Under the pieces are notes generated by a model, which worked only from the letters and a program-made list of their open reading frames with translations, was not told where the DNA came from and did not search any database. From an uncultured bacterium (GTDB lineage: Bacteria; Patescibacteriota; Minisyncoccia; Phycocordibacterales; JAACPR01), in NCBI GenBank assembly GCA_937858275.1, contig CALLZK010000006.1:13389-77388 (forward strand): DNA of 64,000 bases, written 5' to 3'. Below, in pieces: positions 27,743-38,677 of this stretch. Within the stretch, counting starts at the first letter, position 1. Each line of letters starts with the position of its first letter. The translations under genes and the position numbers were made by a program.

Positions 27743-29171
27743 CCTTGTCTCCAGCAGATAATCCGGACAAAACTATTACATTGCCCTTATTATCTCTTTG
27801 TCCCAATTCAATTTTTTTTCTTTCTATTATTTTACCAGCCATAACATCTACATAATTTTGACCGTCTTCTCGTTGAATTAGATATCTTGGAATAATAACT
27901 TGATCTATTATTTTTTCTTTTTCAATTTCTATTTCTGCCGACATTCCTGATAAAATATTTTTGTTGAAATTAACAAAATTTAACAAAATTCTATAAGTGG
28001 TGACACCATCTTTGATTGTTTCTCTTGGATCTATATGTGAAATAACAGTTTCAAAAATTTGATCTTTTCCAAATGCATCCAAAGTAACCATTGCCACATC
28101 ACCAACATCAACTCCTGCGATATTTATTTCTGGCACAAAACTTTCAATTTCTAAAGATTTGTTACTAATCATTGAAAAAGCTTTTTGTCCTGCAGTTACA
28201 ACAACCCCAAGCTCTACATGTCTACCGGTGATAACACCATCGAAAGGTGCTCTAATAACAAAATTACTGCTTCGAGCATTTAATCTATCAATAGAAGCTC
28301 TGGCACTATTTACATTGGCCTGTATCACTGGTATCTCTGCTTCGACAGATCTTAATGATTCAACGGCATTGTTTATATCAAGAATAGCTCCAGCAATTGA
28401 ATTTCTGGACTGACTAATTCCTGCAAGATATGAATCTATTTGTTGTTTTGTTTTTGATTGTGTTGGATTAAAATCACTTGAATTTGTAGAAATAGTAGAA
28501 AGTAAATTTTCAATTTGTTTTAGATTTTCTATAAATTTTTGAGATTGAGGTAGAGAGACATTTTCATTTGATAAATCGTCTACTTGTTTTTTCCAATCAA
28601 TAAGCATTTGTCCTATTTGATATCTTTTTTCTTCTATATCTTTTCTAACGAAAAAATTTGAAAGCGAAGCATCAAATTCGGGAAATCTATTATTTGGTTC
28701 TATTATAAAAGAGTCTATTTGATTTCTAACCACATCATCAGCCAAAATAAAAGATTTTTTTAGTCGACTTAATAATATTTCCCTATTACTTTGTATTTTG
28801 TTATTAAATTCTCCAGAATTACCGGTAATTTCTTTTAATTTTGCTTCCTGACTTTCAAGATTTGCAATCGCCTGATCAATTTCACTATTTAATTCAGCGG
28901 TATTTAATTTTGCAATAATATCACCCTGCCTAACCTCATCACCTATTCTGAAATTTATTACACTTATTCGACCAGTATTTTCAAATGCCAAATTAATTTC
29001 TTCGGCCGGAACAACTCTTCCAAAGACCTGAGTTGTTATAGATAAATCAGCATTTTTGACTTCAAATATTTTGTAATTATTTTTGTTTCCGAAATTATTT
29101 AAAATAAAAATAAATACCAATATCAAAACAATACCAATAGCACCGATTTTCAAGTTTTTGTGTATTTTCAT
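27726..29171 (-). CDS. HlyD-family periplasmic adaptor (membrane fusion protein)
   Basis: N-terminal TM, long coiled-coil segments, barrel-sandwich/beta-barrel C-terminus; operonic with the MacB-like pair. Confidence 0.65.
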   Translation of the reverse strand: MKIHKNLKIGAIGIVLILVFIFILNNFGNKNNYKIFEVKNADLSITTQVFGRVVPAEEINLAFENTGRISVINFRIGDEVRQGDIIAKLNTAELNSEIDQAIANLESQEAKLKEITGNSGEFNNKIQSNREILLSRLKKSFILADDVVRNQIDSFIIEPNNRFPEFDASLSNFFVRKDIEEKRYQIGQMLIDWKKQVDDLSNENVSLPQSQKFIENLKQIENLLSTISTNSSDFNPTQSKTKQQIDSYLAGISQSRNSIAGAILDINNAVESLRSVEAEIPVIQANVNSARASIDRLNARSSNFVIRAPFDGVITGRHVELGVVVTAGQKAFSMISNKSLEIESFVPEINIAGVDVGDVAMVTLDAFGKDQIFETVISHIDPRETIKDGVTTYRILLNFVNFNKNILSGMSAEIEIEKEKIIDQVIIPRYLIQREDGQNYVDVMAGKIIERKKIELGQRDNKGNVIVLSGLSAGDKVVVPQ

Positions 29172-29194
29172 AATCTGGTTATTATAACACTTTT

Positions 29195-30364
29195 TTAGAC
29201 AATATCAAATGCTATTTCTGCCATTTTTTCTATTTCAGCAGTTTTTAAAATAGCAATTTTTGTAACTGAATTTGTGTCTTGTATCAGACCCTCGCCATTA
29301 ATTGTAATTTTGTTTTTTGAATGATCTACCTTTAGACCAAATACTTCTAATTTCTCCAAAATTCTTCTTCTCATTTCGGCCGATCTTTCTCCTATTGTGC
29401 CCGTAAAAATCAAAGCATCTAAACCACCCAAAACAGCATAATATGCTCCGATATTTTTTTGTAAATTATAAGCAAAAAAATCTAAAGCCAAATTGGCATC
29501 ATGATTTCCCTTTTGAGCTTCTTCTATCAAAACCCTTGTATCTGCAGATATACCACTTATCGCTTTTACTCCACATTCTTTGTACAAAAATTCTTGTAAT
29601 TCTTTTGTATCAAAATCTTCTGATTCCATAACAGCAATAAGAGCATTTGGATCGGCCGAACCAACCCTTGAAGCCATTGGCATTCCTTCAAGCGGAGAAA
29701 AACCCATAGAAGTTTCAATACTTTTGCCGTCCTTTATGGCAGTTACACTTGAACCTCCACCAAGATGACAAATTATAATTTTTGAAGTATTTCCGTATTT
29801 TTGAACAAATTTATCATAAACAGAATTTACTGATATTCCGTGATATCCATATCTGTAAAGTTGATTTTTTTTGACTATTTCTTTTGGAAAAGCATATATT
29901 TTTGCTACTTCTGGTAAATTTTTATGAAAAGCACTATCACTTATTCCAACAATTTTTATATCACCCAATCTTTCTTTTATGTTAAATAATTCATCTTTTA
30001 CGGGTTTTAAATGAAGTGGAGACAAATTATAAACATCATCTAATTTTAAAAGATATTCTTCGTCAATTATTTTATGATCTTGAAAATAAATTCCTGGAGC
30101 AACAATTCTAATTGCAATAGCATTTATGTCATCTTCTGAATCTATTAATTGATATTCTAATAATTTATCTATAAAATTTGAAAAACTAGAGTGAAAAGTT
30201 TCTTTGTCTATTTTTTGCTCTTTTGAAACTTCTTTAAATTTTTCATTTACAATAAAACCATCAGGAGTTTCTTCGTAATGACAAAAAAATAAATATTCTC
30301 TGTCATTATAAAAAGCATATTTTTTGGAAGTACTTCCGTTATTTACAATAATTGTTTTTTTCAT
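29195..30364 (-). CDS. ackA: Acetate kinase
   Basis: IIVNNGSTSKKYA and ICHLGGGSSVTAI acetate/propionate kinase signatures. Confidence 0.85.
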   Translation of the reverse strand: MKKTIIVNNGSTSKKYAFYNDREYLFFCHYEETPDGFIVNEKFKEVSKEQKIDKETFHSSFSNFIDKLLEYQLIDSEDDINAIAIRIVAPGIYFQDHKIIDEEYLLKLDDVYNLSPLHLKPVKDELFNIKERLGDIKIVGISDSAFHKNLPEVAKIYAFPKEIVKKNQLYRYGYHGISVNSVYDKFVQKYGNTSKIIICHLGGGSSVTAIKDGKSIETSMGFSPLEGMPMASRVGSADPNALIAVMESEDFDTKELQEFLYKECGVKAISGISADTRVLIEEAQKGNHDANLALDFFAYNLQKNIGAYYAVLGGLDALIFTGTIGERSAEMRRRILEKLEVFGLKVDHSKNKITINGEGLIQDTNSVTKIAILKTAEIEKMAEIAFDIV

Positions 30365-30376
30365 TTTTTAAAAAAA

Positions 30377-32770
30377 TTAAATTTTAGTATTCCATTGCCA
30401 ATTTTCAATTTCGTCAGGATCTACACCATATTTTTTGATAAATTCTCGATGTTCTATTAATTTATTTTTGTATTTTTCAATAACTAATTCTGATTGTTCT
30501 TTTGATATTTTACCATCTTTTAATAAAAGATTGCATGCATCAGACAAAACATCATATCTGCTAGTTTTATTTCTAATCATCATATCAAATGGGGTTGTTG
30601 TTGAACCGTTTTCAATATAACCATTTACTTCAAATCTTTCTGGATTATCAGAATAATCAAACAAAATTTGTTTTATGGTTTGTGGATATCCGTGATAATT
30701 TATGATTACCGGTTTGTCTTTTGTGAAAAATCTTTCAAAGTCTGGCTTTGATAGAGTATTGCCACCCTCTCCAAATCCAGAGTGAGAAATAGAAATAATA
30801 TTTACGAATCGAGTTTTTATTTCTGGTAATTCTTTTTTTATTAATTCTATACCAGCAAGTGCTTCTTTTGTTAAATAATCTCCAATTCCAACAACAACAA
30901 TATCCGGATCATCTTGACTGGCAAATTTCCAAATAGCCAAACCTTCTGCTAAATGCTGTTTCGCCTGATCAACATCAACCCATCTTGGTTCGACTGTTTT
31001 ACCTGCCACAATTACATTGATACCGTTTGTGCTTTTTAATACTCTTTCAGTTACAGCCAAAGCCGATGCTCCATCTGCCGGAAAATAAACATTTATAAAA
31101 TCACCCTGCCTTTGTAAAACATTATCAATAAAACCAGGATTTTGATGAGAAAAACCATTATGTTCCTGTCTCCAACCAGACGATGTCAAGATATAATTAA
31201 ATGATGGTATTGTGCCTCTCCATGGAATTTCTTTGGACTGATGAATAAATTTTGCATATTGATCGGCCATACTTGAAACTATTTGAATAAATGCCTCGTA
31301 AGATGCAAAAAAGCCATGCCTACCAGTCAGAATATATCCCTGCATTAAACCTTGAAGTGTGTGCTCGGATAACATTTCCATAACTCTTCCATCAACCGAC
31401 ATATCTTCATCAAATTCTTGATGAGGCCAAACAAAAACTCTTTTTGTGGTTTCAAATATTTTATCTAATTTATTAGAATATGTTTCATCTGGTGAGAAAA
31501 ATCTAAAATTATTAGAATTTAATTTGAAAACATCATTCATGTATTCACCAATTCTTCTCATTGAACTTGAACCAACAAATCCTGGTCTTTTTAATTCTTC
31601 TTGATGCTTGTAAACATCTGGAAGTTTTAGTGGTTTGTAAACATCCGGACCACCAAAAGCATGTTTGTTTTTACCAATTCTCAAATCTGAAGGAGGAATT
31701 TGTTGTGTGATTTCTTTTATAAATCCACTTTCTTTATCAAATAACTCATTAAAATTATAAGAAAGTAGCCAGTTTTCTAATGCTTTTAATTCTTCATTAT
31801 CTATTCTTGGTTCTTTTGCAACAACTTGATGTGAATAATGATTTCCTTCTACTTTTTTGCCGTGTAAAAACTGTGTTCCTGTCCAACCTTTTGGTGTTCT
31901 CAAAATTATCATTGGCCATTTTGGTTTTTCTATTTTTCCACCATTTCTAGCATTTTTTTGAATTTCTAAAATATCTGAATAAGCCAAATCCATAACAGAA
32001 GCCATTTGATCAAAAATATCTTCGGAATTAAATTTGGAATTTTGATCTATTTTTGAATTAGCCACAGATTCACTTTCTTCTTCTACAAAATAAACTTTAT
32101 ATCCATATCCCTCAAATAATTTTTGTAATTCTTCATCTGACATTCGACCAAAAACAGTTGGTCCAGATATTTTGTATCCATTCAAATGAAGTATTGGCAA
32201 AACTGCTCCATCGTTTTTTGGATTAATAAATTTGTTTATGTGCCAAGATGTGGCAATTGGTCCGGTTTCTGCTTCTCCATCACCAACAAGACATGTCACT
32301 AGAAGTTCTGGATTATCTAACACAGCACCAAAAGAGGTTGATAGCGAATATCCAAGTTCTCCACCTTCAAGTATAACACCAGGAGTATGCGGGCTTGAAT
32401 GACTTGGAAAACCATACGGCCAACTAAACTCTTTTGAGATATAAGCGACACCATTTTGATCGATTGTGGCATTTGGATAATATTCCTTTAGAGTTCCTTC
32501 AACAAATAGATTTGCTTGTACAGCAGGATATCCGTGTCCAGGTCCAACAACATACATAATGCTTTGTTTTTTTTCTGAAGCTAATTTGTTTAAAAATAAA
32601 TATACAAAACTTATTCCAGGACAAGTTCCCCAATGTCCAAGCAATCTGGCTTTGATATGATTTGGTTTTAGTGGTTCTTCTAATAAAAAATTATCTTGTA
32701 AAAAGATTTGTGCTGTTGATAAATAATTAACCGCTCTAAAATATTTTTTTAAATTTTCTTTATTGTGCAT
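30377..32770 (-). CDS. xfp: Xylulose-5-phosphate/fructose-6-phosphate phosphoketolase
   Basis: GHWGTCPG and EGGELGYSLS phosphoketolase signatures, ~800 aa. Confidence 0.9.
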   Translation of the reverse strand: MHNKENLKKYFRAVNYLSTAQIFLQDNFLLEEPLKPNHIKARLLGHWGTCPGISFVYLFLNKLASEKKQSIMYVVGPGHGYPAVQANLFVEGTLKEYYPNATIDQNGVAYISKEFSWPYGFPSHSSPHTPGVILEGGELGYSLSTSFGAVLDNPELLVTCLVGDGEAETGPIATSWHINKFINPKNDGAVLPILHLNGYKISGPTVFGRMSDEELQKLFEGYGYKVYFVEEESESVANSKIDQNSKFNSEDIFDQMASVMDLAYSDILEIQKNARNGGKIEKPKWPMIILRTPKGWTGTQFLHGKKVEGNHYSHQVVAKEPRIDNEELKALENWLLSYNFNELFDKESGFIKEITQQIPPSDLRIGKNKHAFGGPDVYKPLKLPDVYKHQEELKRPGFVGSSSMRRIGEYMNDVFKLNSNNFRFFSPDETYSNKLDKIFETTKRVFVWPHQEFDEDMSVDGRVMEMLSEHTLQGLMQGYILTGRHGFFASYEAFIQIVSSMADQYAKFIHQSKEIPWRGTIPSFNYILTSSGWRQEHNGFSHQNPGFIDNVLQRQGDFINVYFPADGASALAVTERVLKSTNGINVIVAGKTVEPRWVDVDQAKQHLAEGLAIWKFASQDDPDIVVVGIGDYLTKEALAGIELIKKELPEIKTRFVNIISISHSGFGEGGNTLSKPDFERFFTKDKPVIINYHGYPQTIKQILFDYSDNPERFEVNGYIENGSTTTPFDMMIRNKTSRYDVLSDACNLLLKDGKISKEQSELVIEKYKNKLIEHREFIKKYGVDPDEIENWQWNTKI

Positions 32771-32950
32771 ATGAAATAATTATATCAGATTGAATCAAAA
32801 TATGAAATTTTTATTCAATAAAATACGGTGATTTATTTGTAAACTCTGTCAAGTTTTATATATGTGTGGATAACTATTTAATTTTTTCTAGAATTAAGTT
32901 ATAATATGTTAACAATATCGGTTTTTATTATCAAAAAATAAATTAAAAAA

Positions 32951-33586
32951 ATGCATAAAATACAAGAAAAAATATTAAAATTATTAGAAAATCAAAATTT
33001 AAACGGTTTGACCCTTAGACAAATAGCCGAGTTGGTCGAAGAAAAATTCCCTCAAAAAATAAAGCATCACCTTACCCAATTACAAAATAAAGGTTTAATA
33101 AAAATTAATTCAAAAACAAAAACCATAGAAAAAATTTTTCGAGGAACAGGTGTTCAAAAAAATTTAATTAATGTTCCGATTGTTGGAACCGCAAATTGTG
33201 GTCCCGCAACCATATTTGCAAATGAAAATATAGAAGGATATCTAAAAATATCCAAAAATATTTTAAAAAAGTGTAAAAGAATATTTGCAATAAAAGCTCG
33301 CGGTTTATCAATGAATAATGCAATTGTTGATGGAAAAAACATAGAAGATGGAGATTATTTGATAATTGATAGCGAAGATACAAACCCCAAAAATGGTGAT
33401 GTTGTTTTGTCTGTAATAGATGATATGGCAAATATAAAAAAATATATTTGGGATGACGATCATAATCAGGTTGTACTAGTCTCTCAATCAACAAAAGACA
33501 TTCCCCCAATATATATTCACGAGGATGATAGTTTTATGATAAATGGAAAAGTTATTCAGGTTATAAAAAAACCAAAAATGGCTTAG
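32951..33586 (+). CDS. lexA: LexA-like repressor (wHTH + S24 peptidase)
   Basis: N-terminal wHTH (LTLRQIAELV), C-terminal GLSM ... K Ser-Lys dyad region. Confidence 0.6.
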   Translation: MHKIQEKILKLLENQNLNGLTLRQIAELVEEKFPQKIKHHLTQLQNKGLIKINSKTKTIEKIFRGTGVQKNLINVPIVGTANCGPATIFANENIEGYLKISKNILKKCKRIFAIKARGLSMNNAIVDGKNIEDGDYLIIDSEDTNPKNGDVVLSVIDDMANIKKYIWDDDHNQVVLVSQSTKDIPPIYIHEDDSFMINGKVIQVIKKPKMA

Positions 33587-36270
33587 TTGGCTTTTTTATA
33601 GACAAAATTTCTATAAATACTTTTTCTAATTTCTTCAACTAAAACAATAATTAATCCCACAACAATAATAATCGCCCACTCCCCCAAACCTAAAGCAGTT
33701 AGATTTAAAGCTTTTTGCATAAATGGATTGTATATAGCAAATAATTGAAGTATTAATACTATAAATAAACCAATCCACAAATAGATATTTGTAAATGTTT
33801 CTTTTGAAAATATTGTTTTCTTTTCGGAACGAACATTAAAAATGTTATACCATTGCAACATAGATAATACAGCCAAAGACATTGTCCATGCCTTTACAAT
33901 ATCATTTGTAAAATAATTAGAAAATAAAATTACTGTTGTTATAGATATTGTAATAGCAATTATAAATATTCTAATTCCCATATTAAAATCAATAATATAT
34001 TTGCTCGGTTTTTTAAAAGAATCTTTCATTATATTTTTATCTTTTGGATCAAAAACCAAACCAGCCACCAAAATAGATCCAGTCACCAAATTAAGCCAAA
34101 TTATTTGTGCTGGTAAAAGTGGTAATGGAATATTTATCGCAATTGCAATCATTATGGCCATAATTTCACCCAAACCGGTTGATAATAAATACAAAATTGT
34201 TTTTTTAATAGTTAAATATATATTTCTTCCCTCTTCAGCAGCATTAACAATATTTCCAAATTTATCATCCAATAAAATAATATCTGATGCCTCTCTTGCA
34301 ACTTCTGTGCCAATTTTACCCATAGCAACACCCAAATCAGCAGCGACAAGAGATAGGGCATCATTTACACCATCACCAGTCATTGCAATAGTTTCACCTC
34401 TTTTTTTGTATGCTTCAATTATTCTTAATTTATCATTTGGTGTTACCCTAGCATAAACCGTCACATTTGATATGTTTTTTGATAATTGTTCATCTGACAT
34501 ATTTTGTATTTGAGAACCAGACAAAACCTCGTCACCATCTTGAAAAATAGATACTTTTTTGGCTATAGCAGTTGCAGTATCTATATGATCTCCGGTTATC
34601 ATAACAACTTTCATGCCAGCATTTCTAACAGATAAAACAGATTCTTTAACTTCTGGTCTAATTGCATCTGTGATTCCAACAAAACCTATAAATGTCATTT
34701 CTGGTAGATTTTTTGCATCTATATTTTCTGTTGCTTTTTGATTCATTGCCAATGCCAAAATTCTATATCCATCAGACATCAATAAAGATAATTGATTTTC
34801 TAAATTTTTTATATCTACCGATGTTATTTTCTTTGTCTTACCATTAAGCCAAATTTTTTGGCATTTTTTTAAAATTAATTCTGGTCCACCGGCTGTAAAT
34901 AATATTTTTTTATTCTTATCAAATTTATTTACAATAGAGTGATGTTTGTTTTCCATATCAAAAGGAATTTCAAGGATTTTCGGATATTTATTTAACAATT
35001 CTTTTCTATCATATCCAAATTTTTTGGCCAAAATAATCAAAGAAGCTTCTGTTGGATCGCCATAAGTCAAATTCCAATCTTGATTTTTTTTATCAAATTC
35101 GGCAATAGCAGTTAAAGAGCTGGCTAAAAATAAAAATTCCATCCCCTTGTATTCTGTATGATTTACAACTTTATTATCAAAAATTAAAGAACCTTTTGGT
35201 TCATAACCCGCACCACTAACCGTAAACAATTTGTTATCAAAAAATATTTTTTCTACAGTCATTTGATTTTTGGTAATTGTTCCGGTTTTATCCAGTGCGA
35301 TAACTTTTGCCTGTCCAAGAGCTTCTACTGCTTGTAGGTTTTTTACTAAAACATTTTGTTTACTCATTCTCCAAACCCCCGATGCCAGTACAAGTGTCAC
35401 AACAACCGGCAATCCCTCTGGAATGGCCGAAACAGACACAGCAACAACAATTTTTAGAGAATTAATGAAATCAAAACCTCTAGCCATTTGATTTGCAAAA
35501 ATAATTACACACAAAAATAAAACAGACCACACTATAACCTTTGATAAATTTGAGATGTTTTTCTTTAGTGGCACATCCATTTGTAATCCGGTTAATCTTT
35601 TGGCTATTTTTCCAACAACTGTATTTAGACCAGTATCAACAACGACCGCTTTTGCCAATCCAGAAACAACATAAGTTCCCCTGAAAACCATATTTATTCG
35701 GTCACCAAGTCCCACTTCAAGTCCACTAATTGGCTCTGAGATTTTTAAAACCAGATTTGATTCACCGGTCAAAGAAGATTCATTGACTTTCAAAAAATTA
35801 CTTTCAATTAATCTAGCATCAGCACCGACCGCTTCCCCGTCTTTTAATAAAATAATATCTCCTGGCACAAGTTCGTAATCAGGAACCCTTTGCTCAATAC
35901 CGTCTCTCAATACAGTTACATAACTTTTGACGAGTTTTTTTAGAGCAGACAAAGTATTTTGAGCTTTACCCTCTTGAATCGTTCCAATTATAGAATTTAG
36001 CAATATTACAAAAGCAATAATTATGGATTCTAAAAAATCACCCAACAAAGTCACAATGACCAAAGCAAACAATAAAACATAAATTAAAGGGCTTTTGAAT
36101 TGATCTATAAATATATCAAAAATGGTTCTTTTATTTTCTTCTGAAAGAATATTTTCTCCATACTGTTTTTTATATTCTTCAACTCTAATTTTGGTCAAAC
36201 CACGATCGGCAGACACATTAAACTGTTTTAGGATTTTTTGAACATCATGATTATACCATTCTTTTGACAT
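33583..36270 (-). CDS. P-type cation-transporting ATPase (second paralog)
   Basis: DKTGTIT, TGES, MTGDGVNDALSL; N-terminus shares the FKSPLI block with the 20268-22952 paralog. Confidence 0.85.
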   Translation of the reverse strand: MSKEWYNHDVQKILKQFNVSADRGLTKIRVEEYKKQYGENILSEENKRTIFDIFIDQFKSPLIYVLLFALVIVTLLGDFLESIIIAFVILLNSIIGTIQEGKAQNTLSALKKLVKSYVTVLRDGIEQRVPDYELVPGDIILLKDGEAVGADARLIESNFLKVNESSLTGESNLVLKISEPISGLEVGLGDRINMVFRGTYVVSGLAKAVVVDTGLNTVVGKIAKRLTGLQMDVPLKKNISNLSKVIVWSVLFLCVIIFANQMARGFDFINSLKIVVAVSVSAIPEGLPVVVTLVLASGVWRMSKQNVLVKNLQAVEALGQAKVIALDKTGTITKNQMTVEKIFFDNKLFTVSGAGYEPKGSLIFDNKVVNHTEYKGMEFLFLASSLTAIAEFDKKNQDWNLTYGDPTEASLIILAKKFGYDRKELLNKYPKILEIPFDMENKHHSIVNKFDKNKKILFTAGGPELILKKCQKIWLNGKTKKITSVDIKNLENQLSLLMSDGYRILALAMNQKATENIDAKNLPEMTFIGFVGITDAIRPEVKESVLSVRNAGMKVVMITGDHIDTATAIAKKVSIFQDGDEVLSGSQIQNMSDEQLSKNISNVTVYARVTPNDKLRIIEAYKKRGETIAMTGDGVNDALSLVAADLGVAMGKIGTEVAREASDIILLDDKFGNIVNAAEEGRNIYLTIKKTILYLLSTGLGEIMAIMIAIAINIPLPLLPAQIIWLNLVTGSILVAGLVFDPKDKNIMKDSFKKPSKYIIDFNMGIRIFIIAITISITTVILFSNYFTNDIVKAWTMSLAVLSMLQWYNIFNVRSEKKTIFSKETFTNIYLWIGLFIVLILQLFAIYNPFMQKALNLTALGLGEWAIIIVVGLIIVLVEEIRKSIYRNFVYKKAN

Positions 36271-36274
36271 ATTT

Positions 36275-36922
36275 TTATTTTATAAATTTAAATGAACTAA
36301 TAATTTTTGACTGAATTTCTTGAATTTGTTTATTTATCTTTCCAGAATAAATAATTGAATCTCCGGAATACACATTGCATTTTTCCAAATCAATTTGTTG
36401 ATTATTTCTCAAACAAACAAAATCAAACTCATTGATTTTTGAAACAACCCAAACAGATCCCGAAAAATGCCATTTTGAAGGATGTTCTTTAAAAGTTATT
36501 TTTCTAGCAAAAAAATCTTCATTTAACAGCAAAAAATCTGTGACCTGCGAAATTGCAGAATTTTGACCTAAAAGATCTTCAGAATTTTGAAATTTTGAGA
36601 TTGGTTCTGGACCAGAATATCCTATTGGAAAAATATAAATTGCATCATAATCAAAAGATAATTCATTTGAGATGTTTACAAATGGAATTGGTGAATATAT
36701 TTTGATAACAGAATTTTTTTCAGAAAAATCTTCATAAATTTGCCAATTTTTTGGAAAATCAAATTTAAAATTATAATATTTATTAATATATGTATTTGAT
36801 TGCGAATTTTCTTTTGATGAATAAATTTGACCCTCTTTTGATGAATTTAAAAACCAAATCAAAAACAATACAAAAAATACTGTGCCCAAAATTAAAAGAA
36901 ATATTTTTTTATTTTTTTTCAT
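36275..36922 (-). CDS. Membrane-anchored hypothetical protein
   Basis: N-terminal TM, otherwise uncharacterised. Confidence 0.35.
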   Translation of the reverse strand: MKKNKKIFLLILGTVFFVLFLIWFLNSSKEGQIYSSKENSQSNTYINKYYNFKFDFPKNWQIYEDFSEKNSVIKIYSPIPFVNISNELSFDYDAIYIFPIGYSGPEPISKFQNSEDLLGQNSAISQVTDFLLLNEDFFARKITFKEHPSKWHFSGSVWVVSKINEFDFVCLRNNQQIDLEKCNVYSGDSIIYSGKINKQIQEIQSKIISSFKFIK

Positions 36923-36934
36923 ATTTTTTAATAT

Positions 36935-37636
36935 TTATTTTAAAATATCGTCTTGATCTGAATTTATTTTTAGATTATCTCCAGATTTATAAAAATTTAA
37001 AAGAGAAAAAACAATCATACTACTCATTATTATTCCTATCATGTTAAATAAAAATATTAATAAGAAATATCTCGCTAACTGAATTTCGTTTTGAGCAAGC
37101 CAAACACCAATTAAAGATATTGGCGGAACAAGTGAAACGGCAATTGAAATTCCTGGCAAAATATTTGAAACTTCTTTTCTAATCCATGCAAATGTAGCAG
37201 CCACACCAGAAGCAAATGCCACTAGAAAATACAAAAATGCAGCTTGTAAAGAGTTGTTGAAAATAGCATGATTAAAAAATTCTTTATCTTCCGGAACACC
37301 AAAAATTAATCCCGCCATAAAAGAAATAGCGAAAATTAAACCAACAGATTTTGCAATCAATTTTGAAGTTCTTTTTATTACAATCGGTCTTGAGGTCACA
37401 ATCGCCAAAGATAGTAAAAGAATAGGTGTCAAAACGGGTGTCACCAACATACCACCAATCAAAATTGCTGAGTTTGCAAGCAAAACACCAGAAGCAATGA
37501 TGATTGAAGATAAAACCAGCAAAGAATAGTATATTGAATTTGGCTGACTATCCCTTATAAGTTCGCTAATCGCGACATATCTATCATGTTGTTGTATATC
37601 TTGCCAAACTGGCTGATCTTTTTGTTTTTGATTCAT
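36935..37636 (-). CDS. Polytopic membrane protein (DUF389-like)
   Basis: Hydrophobicity; weak resemblance to the DUF389 family. Confidence 0.35.
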   Translation of the reverse strand: MNQKQKDQPVWQDIQQHDRYVAISELIRDSQPNSIYYSLLVLSSIIIASGVLLANSAILIGGMLVTPVLTPILLLSLAIVTSRPIVIKRTSKLIAKSVGLIFAISFMAGLIFGVPEDKEFFNHAIFNNSLQAAFLYFLVAFASGVAATFAWIRKEVSNILPGISIAVSLVPPISLIGVWLAQNEIQLARYFLLIFLFNMIGIIMSSMIVFSLLNFYKSGDNLKINSDQDDILK

Positions 37637-37689
37637 TTTTTGTAAAAATTAAATAAGCTTATATAATAAATATTTATTATAGCACAAAA

Positions 37690-38655
37690 TTAAGATATTT
37701 TATTTTTAAATTTTTCAATAAAATCAACTTTTTCTGGTTCAACATTATATTTTTGAGCCAACAAAAAAGAAAACCAATCCGATAAAATCAAATTATTAAA
37801 TATTTTTTCAAATTTGGTTTGTCCTTCCAAATAAATAGATGTCACCGGTAATCCATATTCTTCAAATAAATTCTCCAAAACTTCAAAGCGAGTTGAGATT
37901 TTTGAATTTGCATCAGAATCTTTTATAAAAATAAAGTGAAACAAATCTGATGTATTTTGATATTTTTTTACAAATTCATAAGACTGCATTTCGTTATGAT
38001 TCAGTTCTGGAAAATCATTTTTGAAAGCTGGAAATTTTGCGGTTTCATTTATTTTAATTTTCCAAATATAAGAGATTATTTGGTTTTTAGTATCAGAATA
38101 AATAATTGGTATTTTATTTACAAAATTAGGAACAAGGTGTTCGGCTTCTGTTTTTATGGATTTTGAATCAATTTTATTTTCTAATTGATACAATTCATCA
38201 AGAGATTCTTTACAAATCACAAAAGATAAAGCAATAGTAGTAAAACCCAGAGCCACTCTTGGTTGAATATCTTGATCTGGTAATAAAATATAAGGAATTT
38301 TATTTTTTTTAGCAAAATCAATTAATTTTCCCCCTTTTGATATCGCCAGAACTGAAAATCCCCTAGAATAGGCCTCATCCAAAAAATCCAAGGTTTCTTC
38401 TGTGTTTCCGGAATATGAACTAGCAATAAATAATTTATTTTTTAATAAATCCTGACTTAAATCTGGCAAACCGTAATCTTTGTGAATTATTATATTTAAA
38501 AATGAATTATAAACATTCAAAATTCCAGCTGCTAAATGTGATCCACCCATTCCACCAACAACAAATTCTTTGATGTTTTTGTTGAAATTTTCTTCATTTT
38601 TTATTTCTGGCCTAAAACCAAATTGTTGAGCAAAATTTAAAATTGAATTTTCCAT
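37690..38655 (-). CDS. SIS-domain sugar-phosphate isomerase (bifunctional PGI/PMI-like)
   Basis: GGMGGSHLAAGIL SIS motif; position in the pentose-phosphate gene cluster. Confidence 0.5.
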   Translation of the reverse strand: MENSILNFAQQFGFRPEIKNEENFNKNIKEFVVGGMGGSHLAAGILNVYNSFLNIIIHKDYGLPDLSQDLLKNKLFIASSYSGNTEETLDFLDEAYSRGFSVLAISKGGKLIDFAKKNKIPYILLPDQDIQPRVALGFTTIALSFVICKESLDELYQLENKIDSKSIKTEAEHLVPNFVNKIPIIYSDTKNQIISYIWKIKINETAKFPAFKNDFPELNHNEMQSYEFVKKYQNTSDLFHFIFIKDSDANSKISTRFEVLENLFEEYGLPVTSIYLEGQTKFEKIFNNLILSDWFSFLLAQKYNVEPEKVDFIEKFKNKIS

Positions 38656-38677
38656 GTTATTTTTATTAAATTATAAA

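Noticed and set aside
32771-32950. LexA/SOS box upstream of lexA (GTTATAATATGTTAAC)
   Set aside because: It is only a partial palindrome in AT-rich promoter DNA. No second copy was seen to support it as an operator, so it is mentioned only as a candidate.
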